Assembly: GCA_051362555.1 (NCBI GenBank)
Contig: CM120647.1
Coordinates: forward strand, 20,684,651-20,748,650
Direction of reading: 5' to 3'
Length of the DNA: 64,000 bases
Origin: Lingula anatina
Lineage: Eukaryota; Animalia; Brachiopoda
Shown here: positions 49,977-62,370 of the stretch, in pieces
Layout: the number at the start of each line of letters is the position of its first letter
Numbering within the stretch: the stretch's first letter is position 1
The notes under the pieces: model-generated
What the model saw: the letters and a program-made list of their open reading frames with translations, nothing else
Told to the model about the DNA's origin: nothing
Database searches by the model: none
Made by a program: the position numbers and the translations under genes

Positions 49977-51282
49977 AACTAGCCGATCCACTACAAATAG
50001 CAATCCCATTTTAAGTCAGCAAACCTTCAGGTAAATGACAATGTACTGGTACCATGCACACTGAACCACACACATACACATACTCTCACACACCCATTTT
50101 CTCTCCCAGACCAATCTTCTCATCATAAACCAACAAAAATTAAATGGATCTTGGCATCTTTAGTGTTCAATGCCTCATTTACTGAAGTAAGTGGCCTGTA
50201 TGCCACTTTCTGCCAAGTAGGGAGTCATTTGTTCTTTGTTCCTCTCATTCATAATATCACGTCTGAAAAATCAATGGATAAAAGAAGTGTGCTGAGTAGG
50301 AAAACATTGAGTTTCTGCTCTCCCCCCCCCCCCCCTGCCCCCGCCACCACCACACAATGGTCAAACCCTCCCTGACCTTAATTGAATATAGGAATGTTCA
50401 CTTTTTGATGATATTTTGATGGTATTATATTGAGAGATTCACTATCATAGTTTTCTTGAGATTTACTTATACTACTAGGATTCTTATTAGAACTTTTTGT
50501 CTTTTTTATTACTAAATGGTTTACTATAACATATGTACTGCAGCAATGTCCACTAATAACTACCTGCTGTAACTGTTTATTTTATTTTTTATTTTTTTGC
50601 CCAAGTCACTGAAATTTCACATTTTTTCCACTTTTGAATTTTCACTTCGTTGTACTCTTTTTTTTTTTTTTGTCACAATTACTACTTTATCCTTGATCTC
50701 AATTATTATTATTATTTTTTTTTTTTTTGCTATTGCTAGCAACACCTGTTCATCTTTTGTTCAAATTTTAAGCAGATCAAAAGCAGCAAGCCCCTTTTAG
50801 TCATATCATTTATCTGCACTTGAATTGTGTGATTGAATAAACCACCATCAACATTTCTTTTAGTGTCACACGTGGGAAAACATTTTCACACTAAGCAATG
50901 CACTTCCATATTGTTCAGTATTAGTGGTTATGATGACATACTGTTTTCATTTTTTTTAATCAATAAATGCACTTCTTAACAGAAAGTGACTTCATAATCA
51001 TTCCATTTTTTTTCTCACAATTCGTGCAATATTATTACATTACCCAAATGTAAGAAAAATTGAAATTTCCTCTCCTCATACATGTTTGAAGGATTTACAT
51101 TATTATTAGCCTCTCCACTAGAGATGAAGTTTAGCTGGCATTCTGCTCAGGAAGGGATGATATATGATGACACCATTTCACTCTGAACAACTTTTTATTC
51201 AAATTGTTCAACAATGTAAACAGTGCTTATTTGAAGTGGCTGGTGGCCCCATCTCTAGTGTTCAGATATTTCAGGAAACTAG

Positions 51283-51357
51283 GGGACCATTCCCAGACCC
51301 TAATGTACTATCTGTGGATCGATCCTGTTAGATTGCTGTAGGTATGGGAACCCAGTC
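51283..51357. mobile_element. 75-bp deletion derivative of MITE family C
   Basis: Ends GGGACCATTCCCA / TGGGAACCCAGTC, flanks TAG/TAA; right part aligns with the right end of 43773-44028. Confidence 0.7.
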
Positions 51358-51929
51358 TAATGGATTTGGAAATGGACTGTGCTTTGGAATTCAACATGTA
51401 TGATTCAATTTGCCATACTGACAAATGACATGATTTTTTTTATGCCAGGATTTTAACAGTAGCCTTTTTTACTAAATGTATCACAAATTTGAGAACAAAT
51501 TTATTAAACTGCTGTTATACTGTATTATACATATGCAGTGGAAATGTCAGTTTGAATGATACTAACAGTCATTGGTTGTTAAATTCAGATGCAATTATTT
51601 TCAATACATTAAACATCAGAAATCTTTAATAAAAAAATTGAAAAATAATTGTAATATTTCAAAATCTCAAGCAGTTACTGCATGTACATATGCATGGCAT
51701 TTATATTGATAAATGAAAGAGCTTTGATAGTGAACACCTGTGATAAGTAATAAGAAACCATGAATGTCAATAACCAAAGATATTGACCAGTTGAGGGGCA
51801 CTTGGTGCAAATCCTTAAAGAATAACATTAAAAAATCCATGTGCGTGACTGAACAATAAAATACTGGTGCCAAGTGCTGGCTTAGTGTCCTTTTTGCATT
51901 GCGCCAAATGCATCTCTTTGACCAGCTGT

Positions 51930-51977
51930 CTGTTGACCTTTCTGTTGACCTTTCTGTTGACCTTTCTGTTGACCTTT
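51930..51977. repeat. 12-bp tandem repeat x4 (CTGTTGACCTTT)
   Basis: Read directly. Confidence 0.95.
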
Positions 51978-53429
51978 CAGGTCAAAGGTCAGGTCATTGG
52001 ACTGGGCTGTCCTTTTGTTCAGTTTCACCTTGTGACTGGGAAGGACTCCCAGAGTAAATATTTCAATATTTGGACAGACCTGGATTTGACCGAGCTCTGT
52101 GTTAGTTTTAAGCCATGCCCGTGATAGATTTCAGCAGATTACATGTATTGTTATAGATGGATTATTTTTAATGATAATTAACTAATTTTTGGCTTATGGA
52201 CTGAAAAGTGCTTATATGTATATGAGTAAAATGTCTTTTGTTAGTCTAGAAAATGAAAATGATTGATATTACAGTTTATTACAGTAAGTTTGCATAAAAC
52301 TTACAGAACTGACTAAAATATCCTGAAATGTAAGTTCCATATACTGTGCATGTTTTATTTGATTTCAGCTAGCCATAGCAAGAGAATCACACTTTCAACA
52401 AGAAAACAAATTCAAATAAAATAAATTAATAACTAAAGTAAAAAAGGAGAAATTATTCTCTTCCTTAACTTTTCTATGATGACACTTTAATTTGCTATGC
52501 AGTGCATCATTATCCGTTTACATGTAATTATGCAAATAATGTATGTACCTAATATAATGCACTCAGTAAAGTGACGTCTATCTAGAGATGTTTCAAATTC
52601 CAAGCGCCCATGCCTCTAAGTCAACCTGAGTTTACTTCCTTGTAAACAGCACCTTTGAGGCAGTGAAAATACTGTAGTCATGTGTTGTTTGGGGAGGAGG
52701 GGGGCAAAATGTTGTCTTTGGCAGGTCGTGTTGTTGTTTATTTACACAACAAGAAGTCTTAGTCTTCTTAGCAGTCAAATGTTTTAAGTTAGTCTTTCTG
52801 GAACTGAACTTAATGCAAACCACCTTTCAACTCTGGGTTTAATCTAATTTTGAGCAAAGAATTCCAACTTTTCGTCAAATTGTTGACCAGATTTTTTGTT
52901 TTAGTTTAATTCCCGTAAATATGCCAATTTGATATCATTTTTTAATGTAAACTACTTTAATTTTATTCCATAAAAAGCCCATTCCGATAGATTACTAGCC
53001 TCTGAAGATGATTATTTTATTTTCCTTTTTATTAAAATTATCACTTCAAAAAAATGAGGATTTTGTTAAATATGGTCAACCAGTTAAATGTTGTACATGC
53101 AGGTACAACTGTACATAGTGTACAACATCACACACTGCTGAAGGAAACGCTGCTGGCTCAAATTATCCAAAAATGTAAAAACTTGGATGTTTTACAAAGA
53201 TTAATGTCATCTGTTCACAAAAGAATTTCAGGGTCTATTTTTCTCCCCAGCACATTAAATGATAGCATTTTATCCCAAAGCTTGTTTGGTTTCTTTGTTT
53301 GAGTGTCTCTCTTTTTTTTTTCGTTCTTTTTCAAAAATATAAAATTTTAAATTTGAGAGTTACAGTATTCTTTTCTGTAATTCAAGAACGGTGTTTAAGT
53401 AAAATATCAAAAGATGCGGTAGTATTTGA

Positions 53430-53795
53430 GAATTTTACAGTTCCTTTTGAATTGACAGTACGGGTATCATTCTTTGTGCTTTGTGATTTAATGGATTTTT
53501 TTTTTTTTTTTTTGAAACTATTTGCCCATAGGTCCTTAGGTAAGGTAAATTTGAGGAGTTCAAGCTAACTGCGTGAACCCTTAAATTTTCCAGGAAAATG
53601 CGAATAAAATCCTGAATTTTACAGTTCCTTTTGAATTGACAGTATGGGTATCATTCTTTGTGCTTTGTGATTTAATGGATTTTTTTTTTTTTTTTGAAAC
53701 TATTTGCCCATAGGTCTTTAGGTAAGGTAAATTTGAGGAGTTCAAGCTAACTGCGTGAACCCTTAAATTTTCCAGGAAAATGCGAATAAAATCCT
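53430..53795. repeat. Recent ~184-bp tandem duplication
   Basis: Copies start at 53430 and 53614 and differ only by two substitutions and T-run length. Confidence 0.95.
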
Positions 53796-54334
53796 GATCA
53801 AATTCCTATGCCGATTAGGTGAAAATATCCCCTATAAGGTTGAACATATTTTACCTTGCTTCACTCGATAAAACAACAGAATAGATTGTTTCTTGATATG
53901 CCATTGAATAGTATTTCTACTAAGTTATCTTAGATCAGAATAAAAAAGAATGAAATTTTGGTCGAAATTTTAGATCAGTTTTGGGGCTAAATTGATACGA
54001 CTAAACGGTAGTTCTTATTAATTATGAAACAGCTGCTCCCATCATCTGAATCTCGTGTCTCAGAATCATATTAATAGTACTGTACATATACGAGCATGTC
54101 TACATTCATTCTACCAGCCCAGACCTACACTGCCAGCATTTCAGATTGATTAAACCCTGCACAGATATGACATGGAGAGGGAAGTGCGGAGAGCTGTGCT
54201 GTCATATGTGACAACCATGGTGTGGATGAGTTACATACAAGAGTACAGTGTTTGTGATGCCTGAATTCAGACATAGATAAACGAGATTAAATTGTCAGTG
54301 AATGTATGTTGATTATAATAGTTGATATTGGGAG

Positions 54335-54669
54335 AGAAGGGTATTATTATTATTTTTTTTAATTTTTTGTTTCAATTGTCTATCAATCAATCTATCTGGG
54401 AAAGGAGGGTATTATTATTATTTTTAATTTTTTGTTTCAATTGTCTATCAATCAATCTATCTGGGAAAGGAGGGTATTATTATTATTTTTAATTTTTTTG
54501 TTTCAATTGTCTATCAATCTATCTATCTAGGAAAGGAGGGTATTATTATTATTTTTAATTTTTTGTTTCAATTGTCTATCAATCAATCTATCTGGGAAAG
54601 GAGGGTATTATTATTATTTTTAATTTTTTGTTTCAATTGTCTATCAATCAATCTATCTGGGAAAGGAGC

Positions 54670-54670
<1 letters not shown>
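54335..54670. repeat. ~65-bp minisatellite, 5 copies
   Basis: Unit AAGGAGGGTATTATTATTATTTTTAATTTTTTGTTTCAATTGTCTATCAATCAATCTATCTGGGA. Confidence 0.95.
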
Positions 54671-54704
<34 letters not shown>

Positions 54705-54772
54705 TTATTTTGATTATCAATCTATATATTCTTTATCCATGCATTTATCTGTTCATGTTTGTGCTAAGTTGT

Positions 54773-54917
54773 CAGGTCAGTAGCCAGCAATTTCAAGGGG
54801 GGGGGTCTTTTTCTCAAAAAGTGGACCTTTTACCATGAAACTTTGGTGAACATACAGTGTAAATCAATTTTAACCCAGAGCAGCGTCTTTTCCCGAAACC
54901 CCTTCCCCAAGGGCCCC
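54773..54917 (+). mobile_element. Dispersed element, family F
   Basis: CAGGTCAGTAGCCAGC...GGGGGGTCTTTTTCTCAAAAAGTGGACCTTTTACCATG matches the start of the copy at 7957. Confidence 0.65.
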
Positions 54918-55049
54918 ATGTACATGCATTTCTGCATTTCATCTAATTATGTATATATAAATACATATAATCATTTATTGATTTTGATAAGTATTTGGTA
55001 CACTTAACTAGAACAGTCCATTTTGAGAGGCTGACAACTACATAGCCTG

Positions 55050-55172
55050 GAGCTGTATTTCTGAAAGGTTGTAACTTACGAATTCTTGTAAAATTTCACC
55101 TAAGTCTAAGTTACAAATTCATGTAAATAGTTACAAACTGTTGTAAGTTTCAAAGTTTCGTGACTGTAGCCC
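55050..55172. mobile_element. Degenerate MITE with CTG flanks
   Basis: Weak TIRs GAGCTGTATTTCTGAAA / TTTCGTGACTGTAGCCC, CTG on both sides, internal TTGTAACTTA / TAAGTTACAA inverted motifs. Confidence 0.4.
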
Positions 55173-55350
55173 CTGGTTAAGACATTACGTATACAAGAGA
55201 GTGCCCTGAATGGAGCCCCTGTGCTCCCCACAGACATTTAATCATCTTCTGCCCGAACACTAGGAAGTGAAGCTGTGAAAGCAAGTAAAACCCTTGTAGC
55301 GTAATACCATAATTTATCTATTAGTTGACCTAGCCAGTGCACACTAACTT

Positions 55351-55505
55351 CATGGGGACTCTTGCTGAATGCAATCAAATAACAGACATACACGCTTCCT
55401 CCTCCTGGTGTTAATACAGAGAAGCTGTTGATTATGAGTCTCAGAGTACATTGGACACAAGTGGAGGAATGTCAGTCTGTTAATCTGATCAGATTCAGCA
55501 AGAAC
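55351..55505. mobile_element. Internal fragment of MITE family B (inverted relative to 43130)
   Basis: GGACTCTTGCTGAATGCAATC...CCTCCTCCTGG...ACAAGTGGAG...ATTCAGCAAGA. Confidence 0.7.
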
Positions 55506-57279
55506 ACTAGCTAAATTGACATAACTCATTCTGAACAGTTCCATAGTTTTAAATGCCTGTGAAATCTTACCTGTCATTGTCATCACATATTTCATATCCA
55601 GTAGTGATACTGATGACCAAAAATTGCGAAAGCTTGTTCTGATAGCTTCCGGACATTATTCATAGCCTTGATCAATATGAGTTGAAAAAAAACGAGTAAT
55701 GGGCAAAAAGAAAAAGAAAAACCTCTCAGAATAAGCTTTCACACATTTTAGTCATGAGTATCAGTTTTAAAACTAAAAAATATAAGTTGTTTCCATGGTA
55801 ATGTATGGAAAAGGAATGGAGACTAGAATACCCCCCTTTCAGCTTCTGCCCCCCCCCCCCCCCCCCCCCCTGAACTATTATACAGTGTATTAAAATAATG
55901 CAGTCAGCACAATAGGTGAGATAGGGGATACATTTAAGTGTGATGTAAAGGCTTAATTATTCAAAGGGCACTGAACATAACATAGTTTTAATTAATCTGC
56001 TAAGAGCATGTGTGCCTTTGTGAAAGTTTGCTGTGATACAAACAAGATGAGTGTGTTTGGAAATCATTGGCCTACATTTAGGAGACATTAGCCTATAGCA
56101 ACATGCTAAAGATGGACCCAAATTTTTATTTCTCTTTTTTTTTTAATTCCTCTGAGAAATATTGGGAAGAAAGTAACCAAAGGTACCAATTATTATATTT
56201 ATATAAATGTTTCATCTAGTCTATAAGTACTGACAATTAAAGAAGATTATTAATAACCAAAACTTTGACCTACCTGGGTTTTTTGAGTAGACAGGTACCT
56301 TGCCCGTATTTCAAACTGGTTCAAATCAGGAATATTCTTAAACATGGCCTTGTTCAAATAATAAATTCTTTCATTCCGTTTTGGCCTTTTTTATCAACCA
56401 ATCATGTGGCTCCCCAGAGGGGGATTCTGAATCTCAGAAGAGGTCGGGGTACTTATAATTAAATGTACTTGGTTAAAAGAACTTTTTGTTCATGTTTTTT
56501 TTTTTTTTTTTTTTTTTTTGTTTGTTTGTTTTCACTATTTCACTTTTAAGAAATTAATGAGGCACTTCATAAAACTTAGAAGCATTTGATTTTTATTTTC
56601 TGCTGTTGTATGGCTCGTATGTAGGGTAAATTTCAAAGAGCCTGATGAAAAATAGTGGAGGGGATGGAAATGTGTTCTTGGCCAATGGTATGGTTCTTTA
56701 GATTTCTCAGTTAGATGGATCATTGATATTTTAACAAGGAAATAAAACCTGGAAGCAATCAGAACCAGCTGTCAAAAGTACACAGGGTATATTTACCAGT
56801 ATATCAATTTTGCAACCTTGCACATGGAATATGGCAACAGGTATTTAGAAATTTGCTTGTGTCCTTGCAACTGCTGGTACAAGTCTACCCCCTGTACTAT
56901 CCTCACATTACTTTCCAATCAGCTGTTTATGTAGGCTGTGAAAAGGTGAATAGTTTCAGAGGGAGAAATAAAATAGCAGTTATCACATTCATGTGGGTTG
57001 GGGGGGGGGGATTACTTGAAAAGAAACATGATTTGAAATACCGGTAAAATTGATTTAAATATACCTTTTTTTCTACTCTTTTTAATCCAGAGAAAAAGTA
57101 AAAATCAATGTTTCTCTAATGATAGATGATCATATATGTACGTCACACTACATGTACATTAAAGTTTGTTGAAAAATGAGACATGAATTATTTTAATTAA
57201 AAAAAAAGAATCAGGCATATTCTCAACCTTAACTCCCACAGGGATACAAGCTGAGGACGAAAGACTTGGAAGTTACATT

Positions 57280-57478
57280 GAAGGTAGGGAATACCCCCCC
57301 CCTTAATCACCAATCACCAAGAATTAAAAAAGGTCAATCACTAATCACCAAGATATATTCATGCCAATCACCAAGAATTCCTGAATCACATTTCACACAG
57401 AATATTGGGCTCAAATAAGGCATCACGCTTGAAAAATAAGGCCAATCACGCAGAACGCAAAAGGTATTCCCTACCCTC
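57280..57478. mobile_element. MITE with 16-bp TIRs and internal AATCAC repeats (possibly Sola-like)
   Basis: GAAGGTAGGGAATACC / GGTATTCCCTACCCTC (15/16 match); seven AATCAC motifs; TSD not clearly preserved; superfamily is a guess from the GAG terminus. Confidence 0.7.
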
Positions 57479-57553
57479 TATACTCACTCATTTCAAGCTC
57501 TTCACATTGGTGACACATTGGTCAAGTCATGCAGATAAAGATTATATGGGATT

Positions 57554-58035
57554 GGGGGGGGCAGGGATAGGGCATGGTGGCAGCAGGGGTAGGATGTGGG
57601 GGGGGCAGGGATAGGGCGTGGTGGCAGCAGGGGTAGGATGTGGGGGGGGCAGGGATAGGGCGTGGTGGCAGCAGGGGTAGGATGTGGGGGGGCAGGGATA
57701 GGGCGTGGTGGCAGCAGGGGTAGGATGTGGGGGGGGCAGGGATAGGGCGTGGTGGCAGCAGGGGTAGGATGTGGGGGGGGCAGGGATAGGGCGTGGTGGC
57801 AGCAGGGGTAGGATGTGGGGGGGCAGGGATAGGGCGTGGTGGCAGCAGGGGTAGGATGTGGGGGGGGCAGGGATAGGGCGTGGTGGCAGCAGGGGTAGGG
57901 TGTGGGGGGGGCAGGGATAGGGCGTGGTGGCAGCAGGGGTAGGATGTGGGGGGGGCAGGGATAGGGCGTGGTGGCAGCAGGGGTAGGATGTGGGGGGGCA
58001 GGGATAGGGCGTGGTGGCAGCAGGGGTAGGATGTG
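57554..58035 (+). repeat. G-rich 43-44-bp minisatellite, 11 copies
   Basis: Unit G7-8CAGGGATAGGGCGTGGTGGCAGCAGGGGTAGGATGT, nearly invariant. Confidence 0.95.
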
Positions 58036-58074
58036 AGGGGAGGGGGAGGTGGGAGGGCAGTCCAAAGGCAGTGG

Positions 58075-58246
58075 GGGTTATTGAAAATTGGGACAAACTG
58101 TCTTTTTCCTCAAAAAAAATGGACCACCCTGAATCAAAATGCATATCCAAGGGTTTGATATTTCTTTGTGAAGAGGTTAAAATGTCTATGGACTTTTTTA
58201 GAAGAAAAGATCATGCCCCCCTCCTTTGAGATTGCTGTCTGCAGGC
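58075..58246 (-). mobile_element. Dispersed element, family F (degenerate)
   Basis: ATCAAAATGCATATCCAAGG and ACTTTTTAGAAGAAAAGA...CCCCCCTCCTTTGAGATTGCTGTCTGCAGGC resemble reverse-complemented family F motifs. Confidence 0.5.
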
Positions 58247-60142
58247 TTTTACAGCTTCTTTTAAACAAAAGAGAGCAAATTCATCTTAGCATGTTCATTT
58301 ATCAAAAATGGAGGAGAGCAAGAGAACTGATGTAAGGTCATGGCTGGTATGCTAAAGTGATCAGATGATTTAATTGTAAAGGTGGCTTCCTCCATCATCT
58401 TGTATAATGTATCAACATGCAATTGAGTTGTCAGTGCTCACGTCATACTGAGGCACGTAATTACGTCTTTAAATTGAGAACTGCACTGTTTGTTGAACAT
58501 GATATGTTTACAAAGCCCCTAGGGGAAGGTAAAACATTGCTGGGGAATCCAAATGTTTCCACATGGAGTTTTGTTATTTAGTGTTTGTTGTGAGATGGAG
58601 GGATGAGATTGATGTCTTTACTTATGGTTGGTTAAGCACAGAGATTACATTGTCCTTCACTGAGGACACGTTATTTATTTTTCTGGTGTATCTCATGACA
58701 GATTTTATTTGTTCTGTGAAGTTGGCATTGGGCAATGGGGAATTGCTTTTTTTTTTTTTTTGTCCTAGATTTCTTTTTTTTTTTTTTTTTTTTTTTTTTT
58801 GTCCTAGATTTTTATTTTTATTTCATTTTTAACCACTGAATGCCAAGCACAGCATTGAGGATGGGGTTAATAGCAAGGCCCATGCACACCTCCAGGCTAC
58901 TGTGCTTGAACATTACACATATAAAACAAGCATTTAATATACAGTACAGAGCATGATCAGAGGGTCATATGCACTTGTGCACATATGCATGCAAAAGTGT
59001 AGAGGACTATACATGTATATTACACTCAAACAGGCATTTATAGACACTGCATATATTAATACAGCGTATACACACTCATACACAGGTATACGCATACAAC
59101 TACTGTCCTGCATTGGCAGTACATTATATTACTTACACACATAGTATATGACCAGAGATCCACATACTCATATACTGGTACTTCACAACAATTGGCACAC
59201 ATACCCAGCACATCAATATACTGTACATATACAGACACGCATGCACTGTGTAGATCAAGATGATTGATCTCAAGGTAAAAACTTGAAACCCACAAGTGGA
59301 GAAAATTGTACATACCAGGTGAGAGCACCTGCACCAAGCCCCCCCCCCTCCACCCCCATTCTCTTACAGACACACCCTTCACCCCACCTTTAGTGACCAA
59401 AAATATAAAGAGAATGCCTGAGGATAGTTTGATTTATTAACATTGACAAGAATTCAGTGAGGAAATGTAATACATCAATGTGATTGGATAAAAACAACAG
59501 TCAGAACATTGAAATGGTTGCATGGACAACATTGAGAGTAGGCTGCCTTTGGATTACTTATGTGAGCCCTATTTTGCTAACTTAGGTACCTTTACAAATT
59601 CTCAATAGTGTTCCTATTATACATTTGTGCTAAAGTCAGTGAACTGTGCAATCAATTCCTAATTATCTGTGTTGATTGTGTTGTTGTTTGTGTTGATATT
59701 GTTAATCTATGCTGTATTATCCAGTGTTACATTGATGCTGCACATTTTGTATTGTGTTGGGCACGTAAAGGGTGAGGGTTGAATAGATTCCCCTCAAAAA
59801 AGTGTGCGTTATGATGAAGAAATGCAATATTCTGACTGACTGGGGTTAAATTACGGTTGGTAAATTAAGTTTTCTTTTAAATTTTACTGCCCTCTTTTGA
59901 TTTTTTCTTCTCTTTTGTTTTGCTGTATGTTCTTTGTAGGTCTGTTTATGAGTGAGTCAAGGTTGTCACGCTTTCTCTGTCAAAGTCAAATATTTCTGTC
60001 AATGTCAAATGTTAACTGTTTATGTACTGGTATTTGACCCACGAATTATGGCGATTGAGACCCTTTTCTGTTTGTAGTTATTTGTGTGTGATTTAAGCCA
60101 GTAAATGTAATTTTTTTTTCTATATTCATGAAATAAATTAAA

Positions 60143-60201
<59 letters not shown>

Positions 60202-60932
60202 AGATATCAATTTGTGTTCTTAAGCATGACAGTTGTATAATTGGCTACATTTTCCTTTCCTGTAATCATCTAACATAAAAACACATCATTACACATGTAA
60301 ATTAAAAAATTCTCCTGACAAACTTTCAGATTCCTTTTTGCTGTTGATTCACTTCAAACATTGACAGTATTTTATTGAAATAAACCTCATCAGTTGTTAT
60401 AAATTATAGCTGATGAATTGATTTATAATGGGTGGTCTTTGTAATCATATCAAGTTTAATTAATAACCATTGATGAACTTTCAGTTATAAATTGATTTCA
60501 GGGAGTGTGCTCAATCACTAATAGTTGATCATCATGGGTTTCTCCATTACCTGGATATGGGTTATTAATTTTGATTAATTAAAAGGTAATCTTTATGGGA
60601 ATTTTTGCACCAAAATGCAATTTTCCCTACTCATGGTTGATCCATCCCTGCCCTCAATGTTTTGTACCAATTTGAATTGAATAACATTAATTTTCCAAAG
60701 AAGCATGATTGATTTAGACTACCATATCTTCCTAACATTTAAGAAGGGAATGTCAGCATCGTTTACTTTTATTTGCAGGATTTATATATATATATATATA
60801 TTTTTTTTTTCCTTCTTTTTTTAAGTAATGTTTCTGAAGGTGGGGAGAGAATCATTTTTATAAAAAATTTAATTTTTATTTATCTGGAAAAGTTTTAGAG
60901 CTTTGCAGCATATTTACACATGAACATAAAAC

Positions 60933-61262
60933 TTGGTGTCTAATATGTACAGTATACTTCTAGTGTGTCTTTTGACCCAAATATACCTACAGATTCATCC
61001 AGAGAGTACATCACACAGTTTGGTGTCTAATGTGTACAGTATACTTCTAGTGTGTCTTTTGACCCAAATATACCTACAGATTCATCCAGAGAGTACATCA
61101 CACAGTTTGGTGTCTAATATGTACAGTATACTTCTAGTGTGTCTTTTGACCCAAATATACCTACAGATTCATCCAGAGAGTACATCACACAGTTTGGTGT
61201 CTAATGTGTACAGTATACTTCTAGTGTGTCTTTTGACCCAAATATACCTACAGATTCATCCA
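60933..61262. repeat. 87-bp tandem repeat, ~3.8 copies
   Basis: Units start at 60933, 61020, 61107, 61194; identical apart from an alternating A/G site. Confidence 0.95.
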
Positions 61263-62370
61263 AAGAGTGGTAAACCACAGCTGTGTTACAGTGCTGAAAA
61301 TGAAGTATACCTTGACAGTTATACCTCAGTATTTTGGATCCTAAAGAGATCATATAACCGTTTTATTTATAATTTTATTTATATTCATAATTTTACTTAT
61401 AATGGAGCACTGAAATATCTTTACTGTTATAGAAAATGATGTTTCAAGCCTTAGAGCATGATTTGAAAATTATGATGTGAGTTATCCTTATGACACTAGA
61501 AAAGTAATTTAGTTATTCTTTCACACATTAAATTTTAGCATTTCCATTTCCATTTTGAATGTCTGTTCTGATGTCTGACCTGCATGTCATCCTTTCTACT
61601 TGCTTCAAAACAGTTACAGATGTTACAGATTAAAGAACTTCAATCTACAGTGTAATGAAATGCACAGTACTCTACCCACCAGGTAATACAGATAGCTGAT
61701 TGTGCCTGGTTGTGACATTTGTCACATCTAACACAATGACCATTGACTGAAGAGATAAACGTGTTGGTTGCCATGTACTGGGTCATTTGTTTGGGTCTGA
61801 CTGTGTAATTCTAGTGGTAAAGACATGTTCTGATTCTTTGTGGCTAACAGTTATAATGGCGCTGTCCATTCAAATTGTTTTTACTTAAGTTATTGGATTT
61901 TCTATGGTTGTACATGTATTTTTGTGATGTCCACCCAGTAAGTTTTTTGTTGTTTGTTTTACTTCAGTTGTTGTTAGTGGCAAAGGCATAATGGATCTCT
62001 GTTGAAGTGGCACAATACTGATTTTTTAAAATTTCCATTTCAGATAAAATACAACCATTACAAATATAGTACTTCCATCACCCCCCCCCCCTTATCTGAA
62101 TTTTTATCAGCTATCTTTTCTGCTAATTCTATGCTTCTTGCTCTTTGATGTTTCTGTCATGATTTCATTTTTATCCTGTCATATATTCTGTCAATTTCTC
62201 TACTGAATCTAGACTCCTTTTCCTGAGACCCTTCTCATTTCCATATACAATAATAACCAAATTCTCTGTGGAAATAGTGCAATAACAATACAACTCTGCA
62301 AAGCATCTTCAATACTGCACAGATACAAGTCCCTGTTTTAATTGATATATTTCACTTTGTATATTTGCAG

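Noticed and set aside
51867-52124. ORF with LLTF repeats and a possible exon after TTTCAG at 51980
   Set aside because: Driven by the 12-bp repeat; no recognisable protein similarity.
54109-54153. TTCTACCAGCCC (FYQP) as the missing upstream KDM1B exon
   Set aside because: Continues RPTLPAFQID then stops; none of the downstream SWIRM residues follow.
57502-58150. Proline-rich 187 and 202-aa ORFs on - (extensin-like look)
   Set aside because: Translations of the 43-44-bp minisatellite with constantly shifting frames.
60933-61439. 168-aa ORF with 29-aa repeats
   Set aside because: TTG start; open only because an 87-bp stop-free unit was duplicated; no known motif.
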